Assembly: GCA_029715105.1 (NCBI GenBank)
Contig: CP085695.1
Location: 60,001-92,000 of the forward strand
Origin: Candidatus Saccharimonadota bacterium
GTDB lineage: Bacteria > Pseudomonadota > Alphaproteobacteria > Rickettsiales > Anaplasmataceae
Direction of reading: 5' to 3'
Length of the DNA: 32,000 nt
The position numbers and the translations under genes are program-made. Positions 29,250-32,000 of the stretch are shown piece after piece; positions within the stretch are counted from its first letter, which is position 1, and every line of letters begins with the position of its first letter. The notes under the pieces are model-generated. The model made no database searches. It worked only from the letters and a program-made list of their open reading frames with translations, and was not told the origin of the DNA.

Positions 29250-30743
29250 GTGTTTAAAAGTATTTTTACGTTTAGTTTTTTCACGGCTATTTCAAGAGTC
29301 TTGGGATTGATGAGAGATGTATTAATTGCTATGGTTTTTGGCACAACCCCTCTTGCGGATGTATTTTTTTCTTCATTTCGTTTTGCTAATTTACTTCGAT
29401 CATTTTTCGCAGAAGGAGCGTTTGCTACTTCTTTTATACCGTTATATTCAGCAGAATCATGTGATAGCAAAAGAGCATTTAGTTTTGCAAGTAACGTAAT
29501 ATCTTTTGTGTTCATTATTTTATTGGTTTTTTGTATCATTATGCAATTTTTTTTCCCATATATGATTCAAGTGTTCATTCCTGGATTTGATCAGAATAAG
29601 CTTGTGTTAGCTGTAACTTTATCAAGGATAATGATGCCATATATAATTTTTGTATCAATCGCATCGTTGATTGGTGGAATGTTGCAGGTAAGGGAACATT
29701 TTGTTTCAACAGCTATTGCGCCGATTGTTTTGAATCTTTGTTTAATTGTTAGTTTATTTATTCCTTATATAGAAACTCCAGCACATAATCTTTCTATAGC
29801 TGTGTTGATTGGAGGTATTTTTCAGTTATTGTTAATGTTGTTTAGTGCATATAAGTTTAAAGCTGCATTTTTTTTTAGTATAAAGTTAAGTAATCAGGTT
29901 AAATTATTTTTTAAGCGTGTAATATCAGCAATTACTAATAATTGTGTTACTCAGATAAGTCTATGGATTGATGTAATTATGGCTAGTTTTATACCAAATG
30001 CAGTATCTTATATATATTATGCAGATAGGTTAAATCAATTGCCGCAGGGGATGATTGGTACTGCAATTGGTACAGTGCTCCTTCCTTTAATTTCAAAGCA
30101 GATAAATAACACTGAAAATATAGTTAAAATACAGAGTAAGGCTCTTAATGTGGGGTTGACTTTGGTTATGCCAATAACTGCTGCTTTTATTATTATTCCC
30201 GATAAAATTTTACTTACGCTTTTTTCCTATGGTAAATTTGATCATCATGCGGTGGAACAAATTACTCCTATATTGATAGCACTTTCTACTTCTTTACCTG
30301 CGTTTATTATAAATAAAGTATTGTTACCTACATTTTTTGCTAATGGTAGTTTTAAAATACCAACTATATTCTCGTTGACATGTTTGGTAGTTAATATAGT
30401 ATTGAATCTTTTATTAACACATAAGTATCAGCATATAGGGATTGCTATTGCCACTTCTATTTCTACTTGGATAAATTCTATATTATTAATTAACTATTTA
30501 ACGGTAAATAGGATGTATAAGATTAGCCGAGTATTATTATTGAATATAATAAAAATTATTATTGCTACATTAATAATGTCAATAGTTCTTTATATTTTTA
30601 GTTCATCGTTAGAGTGGTTATTTTTTGATAAAATATTTGTTCGCGTTATTTATTTGATAATATTGATATTTTTAAGTGTTATTGTTTATTTTGGTGCTCT
30701 TTATTTAATGTTTAGCTGTAATCTCAAGTATATAAAACTATGA
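29250..30743 (+). CDS. murJ: Lipid II flippase MurJ (MviN)
   Basis: 497 aa with a GTG start. SRVLGLMRDVLIAMVFG...ADVFF..FRFANLLRSFFAEGAF..SFIPL is the MurJ N-terminal signature. Polytopic throughout. Confidence 0.9.
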   Translation: MFKSIFTFSFFTAISRVLGLMRDVLIAMVFGTTPLADVFFSSFRFANLLRSFFAEGAFATSFIPLYSAESCDSKRAFSFASNVISFVFIILLVFCIIMQFFFPYMIQVFIPGFDQNKLVLAVTLSRIMMPYIIFVSIASLIGGMLQVREHFVSTAIAPIVLNLCLIVSLFIPYIETPAHNLSIAVLIGGIFQLLLMLFSAYKFKAAFFFSIKLSNQVKLFFKRVISAITNNCVTQISLWIDVIMASFIPNAVSYIYYADRLNQLPQGMIGTAIGTVLLPLISKQINNTENIVKIQSKALNVGLTLVMPITAAFIIIPDKILLTLFSYGKFDHHAVEQITPILIALSTSLPAFIINKVLLPTFFANGSFKIPTIFSLTCLVVNIVLNLLLTHKYQHIGIAIATSISTWINSILLINYLTVNRMYKISRVLLLNIIKIIIATLIMSIVLYIFSSSLEWLFFDKIFVRVIYLIILIFLSVIVYFGALYLMFSCNLKYIKL

Positions 30744-32000
30744 GGTTTTTTGCATATGTAGTGTCACTAATTTCTTTAGTGTCGATTTCTTTATATGTTT
30801 TCCTTTTTTTTAAAGATTGGAATAATTATAAGGAATATATCATACAGAAATTAGAAGACACATATGATATTAAAGTACATATTGGTGGAAAGATTAAGGT
30901 TTTATTAGTTGCCCCGAAGCTTATTATTTATAACGTGAACGTTCAACATAATAATGTTAGCGAACAAAGATTATTAGATTTTATTAGTATAAATAAAATT
31001 GAAGTAAAGCCGTCTTTTTTATCATTGTTTCTACTTTCATTACAGTTAAAGTCGGTTACATTATTTGGTGCTGAAAGTAGTAAGGAAGGTATTATTGATC
31101 TTACAAGTAAGATCGGTAATAAAATTGATTTAATAATTAAAGATAGTAAAGTGAATTTGGGTAACAGTTTTATTGGTTATAACAATGTTGTTGATATAAA
31201 GGAAATTGCTATTAAGAGAAATGGACATTTTGTTGGTGAAATAAATGTAAACAGTAAAAATTATAATTTTTTGGGAAATGTTAATATTTTAAAAAAAAAT
31301 GTAAGTGTTAGTTTTGAATCGAATGTTATAAAATTTTTATTTACTGGTAGCAAAAATCAAAAAGAATTGCAAGGTAAGTTAATGTTAATAGTTAATAATA
31401 GTTCTAATTTTATAAATGATCTTATAAGGATTGTTAATCCTAGCTTCATTTCTGACATTATTCCTAGTGAAAGTATTGAGGTGTTTTCTAAAGTTAATTT
31501 TGATAATGATAGATTTATGGTAACTGATTTAAAAATTAATTCAAAAAGTATCAAAATTAATGGCACTATGAGCAACAATAGTAGGGACAATCATATTGAT
31601 ATTAATATTAGTTCTGGTAAAGTTGATTTAGATCATATACAAAATGATTTACGAAAAACAATAGAGGTAAGGGATTTTTTGGAATGTTTTAGAAAAGTTA
31701 TACCAAAAAATTTAAGTTTAGATTTTTATGTGAATGATTTAAATATCAAATATCAAAACAGGGAATTAGGTAAGTTTCATACTGCGTTAAAGTTTGCTGA
31801 TGCTGAAGCAGAAATTAGTATGTTAATTTGTTTTTCTGGAATTAACAATAAATTTCATTTATCGGGAAAAATATCAAGTAATGAAATTTTATCTGAATTT
31901 AATGGCGGTTTTCTTATAAAGGGGACTAATTTGGAGTCTTTTATTTCATATTTTTTACCTTTTAAAAATATGAAAGAGAATAAAGAAAATCAATTTAGAA
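30740..32000 (+). CDS. AsmA-family protein, 5' portion (ORF runs off the window end and is not in the supplied ORF track)
   Basis: I translated frame 2 codon by codon from ATG 30740, which overlaps the murJ stop as ATGA. There are 420 sense codons and no stop up to 31999. The product starts MRFFAYVVSLISLVSISLYVFLFF (N-terminal TM), then KDWNNYKEYIIQKLEDTYDIKVHIGGKIKVLLVAPKLIIYNVNV...INKIEVKPSFLSLFLLSLQLKSVTLFGAE. This matches the AsmA N-domain layout: a TM anchor, then beta-rich repeats. Confidence 0.55.
   Translation, partial: MRFFAYVVSLISLVSISLYVFLFFKDWNNYKEYIIQKLEDTYDIKVHIGGKIKVLLVAPKLIIYNVNVQHNNVSEQRLLDFISINKIEVKPSFLSLFLLSLQLKSVTLFGAESSKEGIIDLTSKIGNKIDLIIKDSKVNLGNSFIGYNNVVDIKEIAIKRNGHFVGEINVNSKNYNFLGNVNILKKNVSVSFESNVIKFLFTGSKNQKELQGKLMLIVNNSSNFINDLIRIVNPSFISDIIPSESIEVFSKVNFDNDRFMVTDLKINSKSIKINGTMSNNSRDNHIDINISSGKVDLDHIQNDLRKTIEVRDFLECFRKVIPKNLSLDFYVNDLNIKYQNRELGKFHTALKFADAEAEISMLICFSGINNKFHLSGKISSNEILSEFNGGFLIKGTNLESFISYFLPFKNMKENKENQFR

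Noticed and set aside
4562-31590. Other antisense or shadow ORFs in the track: 4562..4801, 6727..6984, 8718..8984, 10249..10623, 10627..11046, 10788..10994, 17358..17951, 17964..18182, 18466..18756, 21457..21648, 26468..26743, 29213..29539 and 31357..31590
   Set aside because: Each is nested opposite a confidently identified gene (ccmB, tolC-like, pyrE, secD, hslU, hslV, znuA-like, petC, murJ, asmA-like). Their translations look like low-complexity mirror-frame products.
1-32000. Search for CRISPR arrays, IS/transposase, integrase, phage, toxin-antitoxin, restriction-modification or other defence-island content
   Set aside because: Nothing of the sort is visible. Every ORF over 100 aa is either a recognisable housekeeping gene, one of two orphan membrane proteins, or an antisense shadow ORF, and no spaced direct-repeat arrays or terminal inverted repeats were found.

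Overview
AT-rich (by eye about 30% GC) window of mostly core housekeeping genes separated by unusually long non-coding gaps. The gene set and the fragmented operons (a lone virB9 paralog, hflK-hflC-htrA, hslVU, petB-petC without petA, secD without secF, sdhA without sdhCDB) fit a Rickettsiales genome, family Anaplasmataceae, most likely Ehrlichia. This taxon call is inference from composition and gene content only. I support 26 protein genes and 1 tRNA: an orphan membrane ORF, sdhA, virB9 paralog, ccmB, rlmE, a TolC-like OMP, rplM, rpsI, pyrE, secD, tRNA-Gln(UUG), cutA, hflK, hflC, htrA, hslU, hslV, an orphan 6-TM ORF, ndk, znuA-like, znuC-like, ubiB, petB, cytochrome c1, uvrB and murJ. I also add a 420-codon AsmA-like ORF (30740..32000) that runs off the window edge and is missing from the supplied ORF track. 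I see no CRISPR array, IS element, integrase, phage, toxin-antitoxin or recognisable defence genes, and no convincing new multi-gene system. The observations most worth a second look are local. (1) The conserved N-terminal third of rlmE, including its SAM-binding loop, lies upstream of any ATG/GTG/TTG. (2) The cutA stop codon sits inside the 5' acceptor stem of a co-oriented tRNA-Gln. (3) The divergent znuA-like and znuC-like genes have start codons overlapping on one CATG. (4) The znuA-like protein has Tyr where a conserved metal-ligand His is expected. (5) Two orphan membrane proteins and a stand-alone VirB9 paralog are the only plausibly host-interaction-related content. (6) Gaps of about 950 bp sit exactly where sdhCD and secF would normally be. 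(7) A cluster of TAGATA/TATCTA inverted repeats overlaps the candidate ndk promoter. All coordinates and motifs were read by hand, and no database search was possible.
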